A stretch of DNA of 64,000 nt from an uncultured delta proteobacterium (GTDB taxonomy: Bacteria; Desulfobacterota; Desulfobacteria; Desulfobacterales; JAFDCJ01): assembly GCA_963769935.1 (NCBI GenBank), contig CAVYNY010000034.1, positions 64,001 through 128,000 of the forward strand, written 5' to 3'. This document shows positions 1-9,987 of the stretch, one piece after another. The position numbers were made by a program, and so were the translations under genes. Position 1 is the stretch's first letter, and every line of letters starts with the position of its first letter. Below the pieces are notes generated by a model that worked only from the letters and a program-made list of their open reading frames with translations, made no database searches and had not been told where the DNA came from.

Positions 1-2
1 TA

Positions 3-2102
3 ATGGTCTCGAGCTTCGACGAGGGAATGGTAGCGGGAGGCTTTGTCGCCGGCCAGCTGCAGGTACTTAAGGGCCTTATCTGCCTTGTTGCTTTGCGAAT
101 AATGATATGCCAGCTTTTCGTAATGTGCTTCCAGGCGTTCGGCATACAATTTTTCGATCGCCTGTCCGACCAGGCCATGTAAATTTTTGCGCTGTTTGAC
201 GAGCAGTCCTTCATACACCGCCACCTGGGTGAGGACATGCTTGAACATGTATTCGGCTTCCGGCACGGCCATGGTTTGGGTGATCAAATCTTTAGTCGTC
301 AAATCCAGCAAGGTCTGGGAGAGTTCAGAGGACACGCCCGGCATGTGCTCCAGGATGCGCTGTTGAAATTCCCGCCCGATCACCGATGCCAGTTTTAAAA
401 CTTCGCGGGCATCCGGTTCGAGCAGATCGATTCGGGTCCGGATGACCGCCTCGATCGAATCGGGCAAAACCAGACGATCAAGGTCCTGGTTCAAGCCGGC
501 CTTGCCCTGCTGCACACTGATTTGACCGTCGCCCTTCAGGGCTTCGCACAATTCTTCGACAAAAAAAGGATTGCCGCCGGTGTGTTCATGAATTTTATCG
601 GCCAGCTCCGGGGCAACCTGCTCGACGCCGAGAATCGATTTGATTAAGGTTGTGGTCAGGTTCACTTCCAGAGACTTTAAGGCAATCGGCGTGTGGTGGC
701 CGATGGCCGGCCAGCTGACTGAATTTCTCGGCCGATAGAGCACCACCAGCACCAGGGGATACGCGGCCGTCATTCCGATCAGCTTTCGCAGGGCTTTATC
801 CGATGCTTCGTCGACCCAGTGCCAGTCTTCCAAAATCAAAACCATGGGCCGCCGTTTGGCACTGAGGGTGAAGATGGCTGCCAGTGCATTTTGGAGCGCA
901 TTTTCCAATCTGGGGCCCTGCAGATCTTCCGGCAGGCGATACTTTTTACTCGGTATCGATAATAGATGCAGGTACATGGGCAGGTATTGCGCCAGGGCCG
1001 GATCGGTTTGCAGAACACCGGCAACGGCTTTTTGCTGGAGCCCCAGCGGAGAATCCTCTTCGAGCAATCGCAGACCGCGTCTGAGTGCATTTATAAACGG
1101 CAGATAGGGTGTTTTGCTGCCGTAAGCCTGGCAGCGTCCCTGTAGAACCGTGATTTGATTTCGGTTGATGCTGTGTCGGAATTCATATAGCAGGCGGCTC
1201 TTACCCAGCCCCGCTTCCCCTACGACGCTCACAAACTGGCCGTTGCCGGCCGCCGCCTTGTCGAGACTGGCATAAAGAGCGGCCAGTTCTTCATGCCGGC
1301 CGGCAAACTCAGTGAGGCCCTTTTTTTGGGAGGCTTCAAAGCGGCTTTGAACGGTGGATTCTTCCAGGACCCGGTAAGGGACAACCGGCTGAGCGATTCC
1401 CTTGATGTCGGCTTCGGGCAAGGCTTCCATCTTGAAGTAGGGTGCGATTAGCCGGTATGTCTCCGGGGCAACCAATATTTCATTAGAACTTGCCAGGCTG
1501 CTCAACCGGGAGGCCAGGTTGACGGTTCCGCCCAGCACGCCGTGAGATCCCGAGTTCAGATCGAGGTCTCCGGTCACCACCAAGCCGCTGCTAATGCCGG
1601 AGTGCATGGAAAGCGGCTGACCGGTGATTGCCTTCAATTCGGCGCTCATGGTTTCGACGACGCGGTGAATTTCGCGGGCCACCCTGACCGCCCGGATGGC
1701 ATCGTCTTCGTGGGATTTGGGAATGCCGAAGACGGCCATGACTGCATCGCCGATGAATTTTTCAATAAAGCCTTCATAATTGACGACCACCCGGGCAATT
1801 TCATCGAAGATACGGTTCATGATATCCTGGATTTCTTCAGGATCCAGACGTTCGGACAGAGAGGTGTATCCGGACATGTCGGAGAACAAAACGGTGACGC
1901 GTTTGCGTTGGCTTTCGGTGTGCAATTTCGGCTTTGAAGTTTCAACCCCGGCGACCAATGGATGCCCGCATTCACCGCAAAAATTATTGCCGGCGGGAAG
2001 CCTGGCACCGCAACCGGGGCACACCAGCACCAATTTGTTGCCGCACTGCTCGCAAAATTTTACACCGGTTCGATTTTCATTTTGACATACCGGGCAGCGC
2101 AT
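3..2102 (-). CDS. Adenylate/guanylate cyclase with N-terminal double zinc ribbon and STAND/AAA ATPase domain (3' end runs off the window)
   Basis: Not in the ORF track because it is truncated. Manual translation: MRCPVCQ..FCEQCG..CPGCG..FCGECG (double zinc ribbon), VTVLFSDMSGYT and FIGDAVMAVFG (class III cyclase), VGEAGLGKSRL (P-loop), LILEDWHWVD, TGGNPFFVEEL. Confidence 0.9.
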   Translation of the reverse strand, partial: MRCPVCQNENRTGVKFCEQCGNKLVLVCPGCGARLPAGNNFCGECGHPLVAGVETSKPKLHTESQRKRVTVLFSDMSGYTSLSERLDPEEIQDIMNRIFDEIARVVVNYEGFIEKFIGDAVMAVFGIPKSHEDDAIRAVRVAREIHRVVETMSAELKAITGQPLSMHSGISSGLVVTGDLDLNSGSHGVLGGTVNLASRLSSLASSNEILVAPETYRLIAPYFKMEALPEADIKGIAQPVVPYRVLEESTVQSRFEASQKKGLTEFAGRHEELAALYASLDKAAAGNGQFVSVVGEAGLGKSRLLYEFRHSINRNQITVLQGRCQAYGSKTPYLPFINALRRGLRLLEEDSPLGLQQKAVAGVLQTDPALAQYLPMYLHLLSIPSKKYRLPEDLQGPRLENALQNALAAIFTLSAKRRPMVLILEDWHWVDEASDKALRKLIGMTAAYPLVLVVLYRPRNSVSWPAIGHHTPIALKSLEVNLTTTLIKSILGVEQVAPELADKIHEHTGGNPFFVEELCEALKGDGQISVQQGKAGLNQDLDRLVLPDSIEAVIRTRIDLLEPDAREVLKLASVIGREFQQRILEHMPGVSSELSQTLLDLTTKDLITQTMAVPEAEYMFKHVLTQVAVYEGLLVKQRKNLHGLVGQAIEKLYAERLEAHYEKLAYHYSQSNKADKALKYLQLAGDKASRYHSLVEARDH

Positions 2103-2261
2103 ATACCGGCCTCCAGGCTGGACAGTGAGTGAGAGATAAATATATCGAAGATAAAAATATATGGGAAACGTAAGGCGAAGGTTCAAGCGTGTCAACCACG
2201 GCAGTCCTGTTTGATGGATCCGTTTTAGTTTCGAGGGCTAACGTTTCAAACCCTCTAAAGC

Positions 2262-2282
2262 GTAGGGTGGGCATTGCCCACC
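2262..2282 (+). repeat. GTAG-type REP palindrome GTAGGGTGGGCATTGCCCACC
   Basis: GTAG tetranucleotide followed by a GC-rich hairpin. Near-identical copies at 62527-62547 and, inverted, at 62575-62594. Confidence 0.75.
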
Positions 2283-2538
2283 AATAATTCGGCTGTTTCG
2301 CATTGCGGGGTTCTGGGCGGGGAAGAGTTAAAAATGATTGCCTCTGTTGTGTTCGCACAGGATTTGTGCTACCGGTAAAGAATCCCGGCCCGGATGTCCA
2401 GGATACTGCAAAACGAATTTATCCGGTTTTGGTATTCAGCACCTGCCCATGCTGGAACTTGAAACCCCAAGCCGAATGTGGCAACATGTTGTCAGATAAA
2501 GAAAGAGCCCTAAGGGTCTGAAAGAAGGAGAAAGTTCG

Positions 2539-3213
2539 ATGGAAAAAGCAACCGCAGGTTGTGCCCGATGTCCCATTGTAACCCGGGAGCGACTGTGCCA
2601 GAAAGAAGACGGCAAGTCACCGGAATTTTGCCCAACCAAGAATTACCAGGCAGCCGTTGACCGAGCGCTGGAAGAACTGAAGAAACCTGAGGTCCTGGAA
2701 TTTGCCAGGCAGGCCTCGCTTCAGGAAGCCGAGGGCTATACGGATAAGGATCGCGGACGCGACCATGTGAGGCCGATCAAGCCGCGTATTTTGGAGACAT
2801 TGGAGTTTGCCAAAAAAATGAATTACAGGCGTCTGGGATTTGTATTCTGTCTCGGGCTGGTGCCGGAAGCTAAAGTTGTCGAGAAGTTTTTTGTTTCCGG
2901 GGGCTTTGAAGTGGTTTCGGCCTTATGCAAGGTGGGACGCGTACCCAAGGAAAACATCGGAATTCGTGATGATCAGAAAATCAACATCGGCTGTTTTGAA
3001 TCCATGTGCAACCCGATTGCCCAAGCCTATGTGATGAATCAGGAAAATACGGAGTTCAACATCGTCATGGGATTGTGCGTGGGCCACGATTCACTGTTTT
3101 TGAAATATGCCGAGGCACCCTGCACGGTCCTGGCGGCCAAAGACCGCCTGCTGGGCCACAACCCGCTGGCCGCAGTTTACACAATTGACACCTACTACCG
3201 TTCGCTTAAGTAG
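2539..3213 (+). CDS. DUF1847-family Cys-rich putative metal-binding protein
   Basis: CARC..C..CPT N-terminus, FCLGL, CKVG, CNPIAQA and GLCVGHD motifs. AAGGAG RBS. Confidence 0.8.
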   Translation: MEKATAGCARCPIVTRERLCQKEDGKSPEFCPTKNYQAAVDRALEELKKPEVLEFARQASLQEAEGYTDKDRGRDHVRPIKPRILETLEFAKKMNYRRLGFVFCLGLVPEAKVVEKFFVSGGFEVVSALCKVGRVPKENIGIRDDQKINIGCFESMCNPIAQAYVMNQENTEFNIVMGLCVGHDSLFLKYAEAPCTVLAAKDRLLGHNPLAAVYTIDTYYRSLK

Positions 3214-3263
3214 AACCCGCTTCAAACCTTAGCAGGTGCCAGGCAGCTTTATAGTTCGACCTG

Positions 3264-3294
3264 TGTAGCGGCGGGGGTAGACACCGCCGCTACA
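3264..3294. repeat. Perfect 11-bp inverted repeat TGTAGCGGCGG-N9-CCGCCGCTACA (REP-like or terminator)
   Basis: Directly visible downstream of the DUF1847 gene. GTAG-type ends. Confidence 0.65.
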
Positions 3295-3540
3295 TTCGTG
3301 ACCCATTTCAGGTGCGGAAGCTGATATTCAGTCTTTAGAATGAATCCTTACAATTTAATCAAACTTCATTCCACAGGTGCAGTCCTCCAATTTTTTTGAA
3401 ATGGTGGTTGACCTTTCTCAGGTCATTGGTCGCATCTTCGAACTCAGCAAGTTCAGACCCTAACCAGATGCCGCAAAACTCTTCAAAGCCACTCTGATAT
3501 TTAGCTGCAAATCATTAGGAAGGAATAACTTGAATTCTCC

Positions 3541-3569
3541 TTGACAATTATACTGCCTAATGCTATTTG
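3541..3569 (+). promoter_or_regulatory. Putative sigma70 promoter upstream of tetR
   Basis: TTGACA-17bp-TATTTG with an extended TGn motif, in an AT-rich region. Confidence 0.45.
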
Positions 3570-3847
3570 GTATTTTATTATAATAGCTTGATTTAAAATT
3601 TATTGCTATAAATTACAGATATATATAATCCTAATACTAATTATTTATTTCCAAGTTTTCAAAAAGTAATTCACAAGACGTGGTATAAATCAGTGAAAAC
3701 TTTAACCGATCCAATTTTATTCAAACCATATTTTTCAAGTTATCAAATATCATTCGGGATGAATATTTATTTTAATAACGGTTAATTAGAAAAAATTTTG
3801 GATTAGTATATTGCACTTTTCCGAATGGATTTCGGTCAAAGAAATCA

Positions 3848-4450
3848 ATGGCCAAAAACAACTCCAAAGAACACACCCGCGAACGGATCATAAATTCCGC
3901 CAAAAAGCTGTTTGCCGAGCAGGGATACCAGAAGACCACAATTGTGGATATTTCAAAGCGAGCGGGACTCTCCGAGGCGGCGTTATACGATTATTTCCAG
4001 GGCAAAGAGGATCTGCTTCTGACAATTCCCGATCTGTGGGTTTCCGAGCTGGTGCGGGACCTGGAAGAGCAGTTATTCGGCGTAAAGGGATCCGTGAACA
4101 AGCTGCGCAAATATTTGTGGTGGTATATGCGGCGGGTGGAGCAATCCCCTCTGGACGCTAAAATCGTTTATCTGTTTCTGAAAACAAATTCCAATTTTTT
4201 AAATACCGAAGTTTATTCCAATGTTAAGAATTTTTATGCCAATCTCGTCGAAATCTTCGAAGAAGGCCGCAAGAGCGGCGAAATGAAGGCGGATCTCAAT
4301 CCGCGGGCGGCCCGGGACATATTTGTGGGGACCATGGATCATATTATCAGCCGCTGGCTGCTGAAGGATATGTCCTACTCGCTTTTTGACGAATTGGAAA
4401 ATATTTTTGAGCTAATGGTTGGTGCTTTTAAGTCAAATCACTCAAACTAG
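3848..4450 (+). CDS. TetR/AcrR family transcriptional regulator
   Basis: N-terminal HTH: RIINSAKKLFAEQGYQKTTIVDISKRAGLSEAALYDYFQGKEDLL. Confidence 0.92.
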   Translation: MAKNNSKEHTRERIINSAKKLFAEQGYQKTTIVDISKRAGLSEAALYDYFQGKEDLLLTIPDLWVSELVRDLEEQLFGVKGSVNKLRKYLWWYMRRVEQSPLDAKIVYLFLKTNSNFLNTEVYSNVKNFYANLVEIFEEGRKSGEMKADLNPRAARDIFVGTMDHIISRWLLKDMSYSLFDELENIFELMVGAFKSNHSN

Positions 4451-4465
4451 CAGGAGGGTGCAGTT

Positions 4466-6454
4466 ATGGCAAAAACACTATTTGAATGGGATTATTCGGA
4501 CTACCCGGGAGCCAAAAAATACCCGCACCTGTTCAAGCCGATTCAGATCGGCAGTCTCCTTGTGCCCAACCGCATCAAATATGCGGCCACCGAGGAGAAC
4601 CTGAACGGGCGTGATGGATACATCACCGACTCCGGTGTTGCTTACATGCGGGAGAGAGCCAAAGGCGTGGTCGGCGGCCTGTGCTATATGCAGGGGGTCT
4701 ACATGGATAAAGCAGGCAAGGGCCAGGGGTATGTCGGCCAGGCAGCGGCGTGGGACGATAAGTTCATCCCTGGCTTAAAGCGCATTGCCGATGCAATCCA
4801 TGAACAGCGGGCGGTAGCGGGGTTCCAGCTGATGGATTGCGGACGGGTCGGCGCCGTGGAGGTCGAAAGCGGTCACGGTCCTTCGACCGTGCCGCAGCGG
4901 CTGCGAATTTTTAAACCCATGTACGAAATGACCAAGGCCGAGGTCAAAGAGATGGTTCAGCAGCACGTGGCTGCGGCGAAAAGGGGTATCGAAGCCGGCT
5001 TTGATATCATGGAGATTTCCGGCATTGTCGGTTATCTGGTTTCCAACTTTATTTCCAGCTATACCAACCGCCGTACGGATGAATACGGCGGAGATATTCG
5101 CGGCCGAATGCAGGCGGTGGTTGAGATCATTCAAGGCGTAAAAGCGGCTTGCCCGCCGGATATGCCCGTAGGTATCCGTCTGTGTTTGGAAGAACTGCTG
5201 GATGACGTGCGCGGCAATACACCCGAAGAATCGATCGAATCCTACAAAATTGCTGAAGAGGCCGGCGTAGACTATATCAGCTGCACCCTCGGCTGGCAGG
5301 AGTCCATCTATCCGGTCATCAGCCGCGACATTCCCATGGGCAACTGGGTCCACCTGGCCAAACGGGCCAAGGAGCATGTCAAGATTCCCATCCAGATGGC
5401 TTACCGCCTGTTCAAACCGCAGCTGCCCAACGATAAGATAGGCGCCGGGGAACTGGATATTTGGGAAATGTGCCGGCCGATGATTGCCGATCCGTTGATG
5501 CCCAAAAAAGTCCTGGAGGGCCGGGAGGAAGACATTCGGCACTGTGTGGCCTGCAACCTCTGTTTGGCGCGGCTTTTCAGAGACGCCCCCATGACCTGTT
5601 ATATCAATCCGGTCTGCGCCCATGAAGCCAATCCGGAATTTGCCGATCCTGCTCCGGCCGAAGAAGAAAAAGAAATCATGATTGTCGGTGCCGGCCCGGC
5701 TGGCCTGGAATGTGCCTACATGGCCGCCCGCAGGGGCCACGAGGTGCATGTCTATGACAAACGTGGGAACATCGGCGGAACCCTGAATGAGGCTCGCAAT
5801 GCCCCCTATGGGGATGATGAGCTGTGGACCTGTGTGGAGTACCAGAAGGTTATGTGTGATAAAGCCGGCGTCGAGTTCCATCTGGGGACCGAGGTCACCG
5901 AAGAGTTGATTGAGGAAGAAATGCCGGATGCCGTCGTGCTGGCGACCGGTGCGGTTTATTCCGGCCTTGAGGTCGTCGATGGTGATTCCGCCAAAACTGT
6001 TGCGCTGGCCGATGTCATGAGCGGCAAAACCGAAGTCGGTGAAAAAGTGGTCGTGTGGGGCAACCGCAAGCCCGGCATTGGTTGTGCGCTGCACCTGGCC
6101 AAACAGGGCAAGAAAGTCACGCTGGTAGGAAAAGACAAGACGGCCGGCTTTGATGTCAACCCGTCGTTTAAGTGGCGCTATATGATTTATATGCGGCAGA
6201 ACGGCATTACGGCTTACAATGACTGTGAAATTGTGGAAGTGACCGCCGCCGGCATCGTGTTAAAATCTTACGATGGGTACCAGTGGCCGTTAAATTGCGA
6301 CACAATTGTTTTAAGCCAAAGAGAGCCCAACGAGAGTCTGAAAAAAGCGGTTCAATCCGAGGGAATCGAGCTGTTTGTCATCGGTGATGCGCTGATTCCC
6401 CGCAACCTTTCCAGTGCGGTCCATGACGGCTACCGAATCGGGATGCGTATATAA
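4466..6454 (+). CDS. Old-yellow-enzyme family FMN/4Fe-4S/FAD oxidoreductase (2,4-dienoyl-CoA reductase-like)
   Basis: LFKPIQIG..NRI, GYLVSNFIS..TNRRTDEYGG, CVACNLC-x11-C cluster motif, IVGAGPAG FAD motif. Confidence 0.9.
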   Translation: MAKTLFEWDYSDYPGAKKYPHLFKPIQIGSLLVPNRIKYAATEENLNGRDGYITDSGVAYMRERAKGVVGGLCYMQGVYMDKAGKGQGYVGQAAAWDDKFIPGLKRIADAIHEQRAVAGFQLMDCGRVGAVEVESGHGPSTVPQRLRIFKPMYEMTKAEVKEMVQQHVAAAKRGIEAGFDIMEISGIVGYLVSNFISSYTNRRTDEYGGDIRGRMQAVVEIIQGVKAACPPDMPVGIRLCLEELLDDVRGNTPEESIESYKIAEEAGVDYISCTLGWQESIYPVISRDIPMGNWVHLAKRAKEHVKIPIQMAYRLFKPQLPNDKIGAGELDIWEMCRPMIADPLMPKKVLEGREEDIRHCVACNLCLARLFRDAPMTCYINPVCAHEANPEFADPAPAEEEKEIMIVGAGPAGLECAYMAARRGHEVHVYDKRGNIGGTLNEARNAPYGDDELWTCVEYQKVMCDKAGVEFHLGTEVTEELIEEEMPDAVVLATGAVYSGLEVVDGDSAKTVALADVMSGKTEVGEKVVVWGNRKPGIGCALHLAKQGKKVTLVGKDKTAGFDVNPSFKWRYMIYMRQNGITAYNDCEIVEVTAAGIVLKSYDGYQWPLNCDTIVLSQREPNESLKKAVQSEGIELFVIGDALIPRNLSSAVHDGYRIGMRI

Positions 6455-6468
6455 CAAGGAGGTAAACC

Positions 6469-6996
6469 ATGCCAGTTGATGCCGAAAAAGAAATATCAAA
6501 ACTTTGGCGGGCGATGCACAGCGCCCAGGATGAAATCGGAAAAACATATTATCGGTGGCGTCAGGTTGCCGTTGAATTTGCCGGAGCAGGTGCCAAACCG
6601 CTGGATGTGGCCCTGAGAGCTGCCGAGGTCTTTGGCAAGGATATCGGCAAAAGCATTCTTCCCAGAATGAACTGGTTGAAGGGGGAAGAGGGATTTATGA
6701 TGATTCTGGGCAAAACGCTGGCCGGTCTCTGGAACACCGACGGCGGTCTCGCTACCGTGGAAAAAGGTGCCAACCCGGGTGAAATAATGATCAAATGCAC
6801 CCGGGATCCCTGGCCGTCGTGGGCCAAGGAATTTGGTGTTCCCATGGAAGAGGTCGCGTTGAGCCGCGAGCGGATGTATCAGGCTATTTTAGAGGATGTC
6901 AGCGTCTTTATGAACATTCCGTTGAAGATAGAGTTGCAAAAAGCCATTGCCAGAGGACAGGGCGAGACCGTCATGCGGCTGTACAAGGCGGAGTGA
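6469..6996 (+). CDS. Hypothetical protein, possible V4R/ATC-hydrolase-like fold
   Basis: AGGAGG RBS, 14 nt after the OYE stop. Pattern IKCTRDPW...IELQKAIARGQGETVMRL resembles V4R-like proteins but lacks most Cys ligands. Confidence 0.65.
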   Translation: MPVDAEKEISKLWRAMHSAQDEIGKTYYRWRQVAVEFAGAGAKPLDVALRAAEVFGKDIGKSILPRMNWLKGEEGFMMILGKTLAGLWNTDGGLATVEKGANPGEIMIKCTRDPWPSWAKEFGVPMEEVALSRERMYQAILEDVSVFMNIPLKIELQKAIARGQGETVMRLYKAE

Positions 6997-7012
6997 AGGC
7001 GCCTGCGGCGCC

Positions 7013-7320
7013 GGTTGATAGTTGATAGCTGATAGCAAAAGAGTTGATTGAGTTGACTGGTTGAATTGCTGAGTTGATTAGATGATAAAGTTGAGTGGCT
7101 GATTGAGAAATAAGGAGCAGGTCTGATTTTATAACTTCGTTCAATGTCAACCCAATCAACTAGATAAACTCAATGAACTCAACAAACTCAATGAGCTCAA
7201 CGATCCTAATTAACTTAACGAACTAAATTTATCCCATGAAATATACGCAGTATCAGCGAAGCGAATTTCATCGGGACGATCTAAACCATCTAAACGATCA
7301 AAACCAACTTAACGAACATA
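7013..7320. repeat. Degenerate 7- and 9-mer tandem arrays in roughly inverted orientation, with an inserted palindrome
   Basis: GTTGATA/GCTGATA and GAGTTGATT-type units on the left, CTCAATGAA/CTCAACAAA/CTAAACGAT-type units on the right, CCCATGAAAT...ATTTCATCGGG inside. Confidence 0.7.
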
Positions 7321-7341
7321 ACGAATACCAGGAGTATAACT

Positions 7342-7548
7342 ATGGCTGCTCAAATTGATTTGGATAAATGCGGCATGTGTGGCGGCTTTACTCAGCCATT
7401 GTGCGTCGAGATCTGCCCGGATTCCGCCATCAGGGTGCAGGACGGCCGGCCGGTTGTGACCGAATTTCTTTGTGAGGACTGCAACGAGTGCGGTTGTGTG
7501 TGCCCGGATCACGCCATCGAGGTGCCGCTGGTGAAAGTTACCTTCTAG
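7342..7548 (+). CDS. 2x[4Fe-4S] ferredoxin
   Basis: CGMCG-x6-CVEICP and CEDCNECGCVCP. AGGAG RBS. Confidence 0.88.
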   Translation: MAAQIDLDKCGMCGGFTQPLCVEICPDSAIRVQDGRPVVTEFLCEDCNECGCVCPDHAIEVPLVKVTF

Positions 7549-7561
7549 TAATTTCCAGTTG

Positions 7562-7636
7562 TGCTGGATGCTGGATACTGGATGGACAAAACTAGGGTAT
7601 AAGGTATAAGGTTTAAGGTTCAAGGACCAAGGATAA
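7562..7636. repeat. Heptamer arrays (GCTGGAT x3; GGTATAA/GGTTTAA/GGTTCAA/GGACCAA/GGATAAA x6)
   Basis: 7-bp periodicity is directly visible. Confidence 0.75.
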
Positions 7637-7946
7637 AGGCGATAGCGCTTTCGCGCCAACTGACAGCTTCTGTCAGTGAAGGACAAAGGCAAAAAGTGCA
7701 CGGTGATTAGGGAAAGGCGAACGGTGTATGGCACAATTCGAACGGTAGATGAAGTCTGCCATCTGTCGTCTATTTCCTCATATGCAAATTCATTTTTACC
7801 GGCCAGCGCCAAACCAAAGTTTCTTCTATGATCAGACCGGCATTTGTTTTGGCCGGCGGAGGGGCTGAAACCAATATCAAATAATCGGCAACTAATGGCA
7901 AAAAACTTTGAGATTATCTGTCTTCTGCGTTTAAAGGGGGTAAGCG

Positions 7947-8369
7947 ATGAGAGTCAACAAACTCGATCATATCTGTATTGCAGTAAAAAATCTGGATGAA
8001 GCGCGTAAAGTCTGGGAACCGGTATTGGGGAAAGAAAAACCGGATGACGCGTACATTGACGAGCCCGAAAAAATTAAGGTTGCCCGATACTGGGTGGGGG
8101 AAGTCGGATTCGAGCTGATGGAATCCACGACGCCCGATGGCGACGTTGCCAGATTTATCGAAAAAAGAGGCGAGGGGGTGATGCTGATCAGTTTTAATGT
8201 CAACAATACCCGTGAAGCCATGGAGGAGCTAAAACAGAAAGACTATCCGTTTATCGGCGGTGCCCGACCGTTCAGGGACTGTGAATTTACGTTCCTTCAC
8301 CCCAACAAAATGAACGGCGTTCTGCTGGAACTTATTGACTACAAGTGGCGGGAGTTTGAAGATCGCTAA
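7947..8369 (+). CDS. VOC-family protein, methylmalonyl-CoA epimerase-like
   Basis: LDHICIAV, FELMES, ARFIEKRGEG, FLHP..MNGVLLELI. Confidence 0.8.
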   Translation: MRVNKLDHICIAVKNLDEARKVWEPVLGKEKPDDAYIDEPEKIKVARYWVGEVGFELMESTTPDGDVARFIEKRGEGVMLISFNVNNTREAMEELKQKDYPFIGGARPFRDCEFTFLHPNKMNGVLLELIDYKWREFEDR

Positions 8370-8370
8370 A

Positions 8371-8630
8371 TGTATGTAAGATGTAAGTTGTAAGTTGTGA
8401 GTTGTATGTTGGTGGTTGTCCGTTGTGGGCTCCAAATAATCCGAGGCGGCATCATATAGACCATCAACACCTGAAACCTAATATGCCCCATGTGCACGCT
8501 TTTCGGCAAACTTGTGTTCAACCCGAATCGTGGGACCCATGACAAATAACAAACAATTCGCAACCCCCAATATACAACTTGCACCGCGCAACATACAACG
8601 CGCAACAAACAACCAACAACCCGCAACACG
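8371..8630. repeat. Inverted pair of heptamer arrays (TGTNNGT x8 ... CAACNNN x~12) flanking a ~110-bp core
   Basis: TGTAAGA TGTAAGT TGTAAGT TGTGAGT TGTATGT TGGTGGT TGTCCGT TGTGGGC, then CAACATA CAACGCG CAACAAA CAACCAA CAACCCG CAACACG. Confidence 0.8.
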
Positions 8631-8641
8631 AGGAACGATTT

Positions 8642-9823
8642 ATGACAATTTCAAAAAAGATTGAAAACATCATCGCCGGGTCTTCATTCATTCGCAGGAT
8701 GTTTGAGGAGGGGGCACGCCTTAAGGCCGAATACGGGGCTGAAAACGTTTATGACTTCAGTCTGGGGAATCCGAATGTGCCGCCGCCGGAAAAATTCAAT
8801 GAAATTCTGCGGGAAACCGTCGGTACCTGCGGGCTTAATGATCACTGCTATATGCCCAACACCGGGTATCCGCTGGTTTGCGGATCGGTGGCCGAATACC
8901 TTGCCAAAGAGCAGCAGGCACCGGTTACCGAAAAAGATGTCATCATGACCTGCGGCGCCTCCGGTGCGTTGAATGTTGCCTTAAAAACCGTTCTTGATCC
9001 AGGCGATGAAGTCGTCACACCGGTTCCCTGTTTTGTCGAATACAAATTTTATGCCGACAATCACGGCGGCGTACTGAAAACAGTTGCGACGAAACCCGAT
9101 TTCGAGCTGGATCCCGATGCCGTTGCGACCGCTATTACGGAAAAGACCAAGGTGTTTTTAATCAACTCACCCAACAATCCCACCGGTCGGGTTTATTCCG
9201 AAGAGAGCCTCAAGACGCTGGGAGAAATTCTGGCGCAAAAGGGCAAAGCCTATAATCGAACAATCTACCTGCTGTCGGATGAACCCTACCGGAAAATCGT
9301 ATACGACGGAATTGAGGTCCCAAGCATATTTAAGGCCTATAAAAACAGTATCATCGGGACTTCCTATTCCAAGGATATTTCCATCCCCGGCGAACGCATC
9401 GGATTCCTGGCCGTGAATCCGGCGGCAACCTACCGCAAAGAATTATTAGCGGCCATGGCGGTGGCCAACCGGATTCTCGGATATGTCAATGCGCCGGCCC
9501 TGATGCAGCGAGTGGTTGCGTGCATGCAGGGGATGAGCGTCGACATTGCCGAATATGCCCGCAAACGGGATGTGCTTTGTGAAGGGCTGGCAGAATTTGG
9601 ATATGAATTTATTAAACCGGCCGGAACCTTCTACCTGTTTCCCCGCTCGCCTATTGCCGATGATGTCGAATTTGTAGATATGTTGAAGGAAGAGCGTATT
9701 CTGGTGGTGCCGGGCAGCGGCTTTAACGGACCCGGCTATTTTCGCATTGCGTTTTGTGTGGATGACAATACCATAAAAAATTCGATGCCGGGATTTGAGC
9801 GGGCGATCAGGAAGTTCAGGTAA
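8642..9823 (+). CDS. PLP-dependent aminotransferase class I/II (aspartate aminotransferase-like)
   Basis: INSPNNPTG, SDEPY and SYSKDISIPGERIG (PLP Lys). The true start is MTISKK; the ORF-track extension is repeat-derived. Confidence 0.92.
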   Translation: MTISKKIENIIAGSSFIRRMFEEGARLKAEYGAENVYDFSLGNPNVPPPEKFNEILRETVGTCGLNDHCYMPNTGYPLVCGSVAEYLAKEQQAPVTEKDVIMTCGASGALNVALKTVLDPGDEVVTPVPCFVEYKFYADNHGGVLKTVATKPDFELDPDAVATAITEKTKVFLINSPNNPTGRVYSEESLKTLGEILAQKGKAYNRTIYLLSDEPYRKIVYDGIEVPSIFKAYKNSIIGTSYSKDISIPGERIGFLAVNPAATYRKELLAAMAVANRILGYVNAPALMQRVVACMQGMSVDIAEYARKRDVLCEGLAEFGYEFIKPAGTFYLFPRSPIADDVEFVDMLKEERILVVPGSGFNGPGYFRIAFCVDDNTIKNSMPGFERAIRKFR

Positions 9824-9832
9824 AGAATTCCT

Positions 9833-9895
9833 GAATTGAAGATTGAAGATTGAAAATTGAATATTTGTGGCTGTCGCTCCGCTCCGTCTTTTTTA
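9833..9895 (+). repeat. Copy 1 of an ATTGAAN-array element family
   Basis: ATTGAAG ATTGAAG ATTGAAA ATTGAAT ATTTGTGGNTGTCGC..GCTCCGTC. Related copies at 11689-11817 and, inverted, at 49380-49497. Confidence 0.75.
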
Positions 9896-9987
9896 AAAAC
9901 GAAAAAACACCATCTATAAATTTTGAACCCCTGGCCTAGACTTGATCTGGAGGGATATGCAGAGCGAGAGCGGATAAAGGAAGTCTT

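Noticed and set aside
3300..3840. Very AT-rich stretch as foreign DNA or a hidden gene
   Set aside because: No ORF or mobile-element ends were found. It is consistent with an extended regulatory region for tetR.
4775..6094. 439-aa antisense ORF (and many similar shadow ORFs)
   Set aside because: It lies opposite a well-supported CDS, has no recognisable motifs, and is expected from codon bias
7013..8630. Repeat arrays as CRISPR
   Set aside because: The units are 7-9 bp and contiguous, with no 25-40-bp repeats separated by unique spacers and no cas genes
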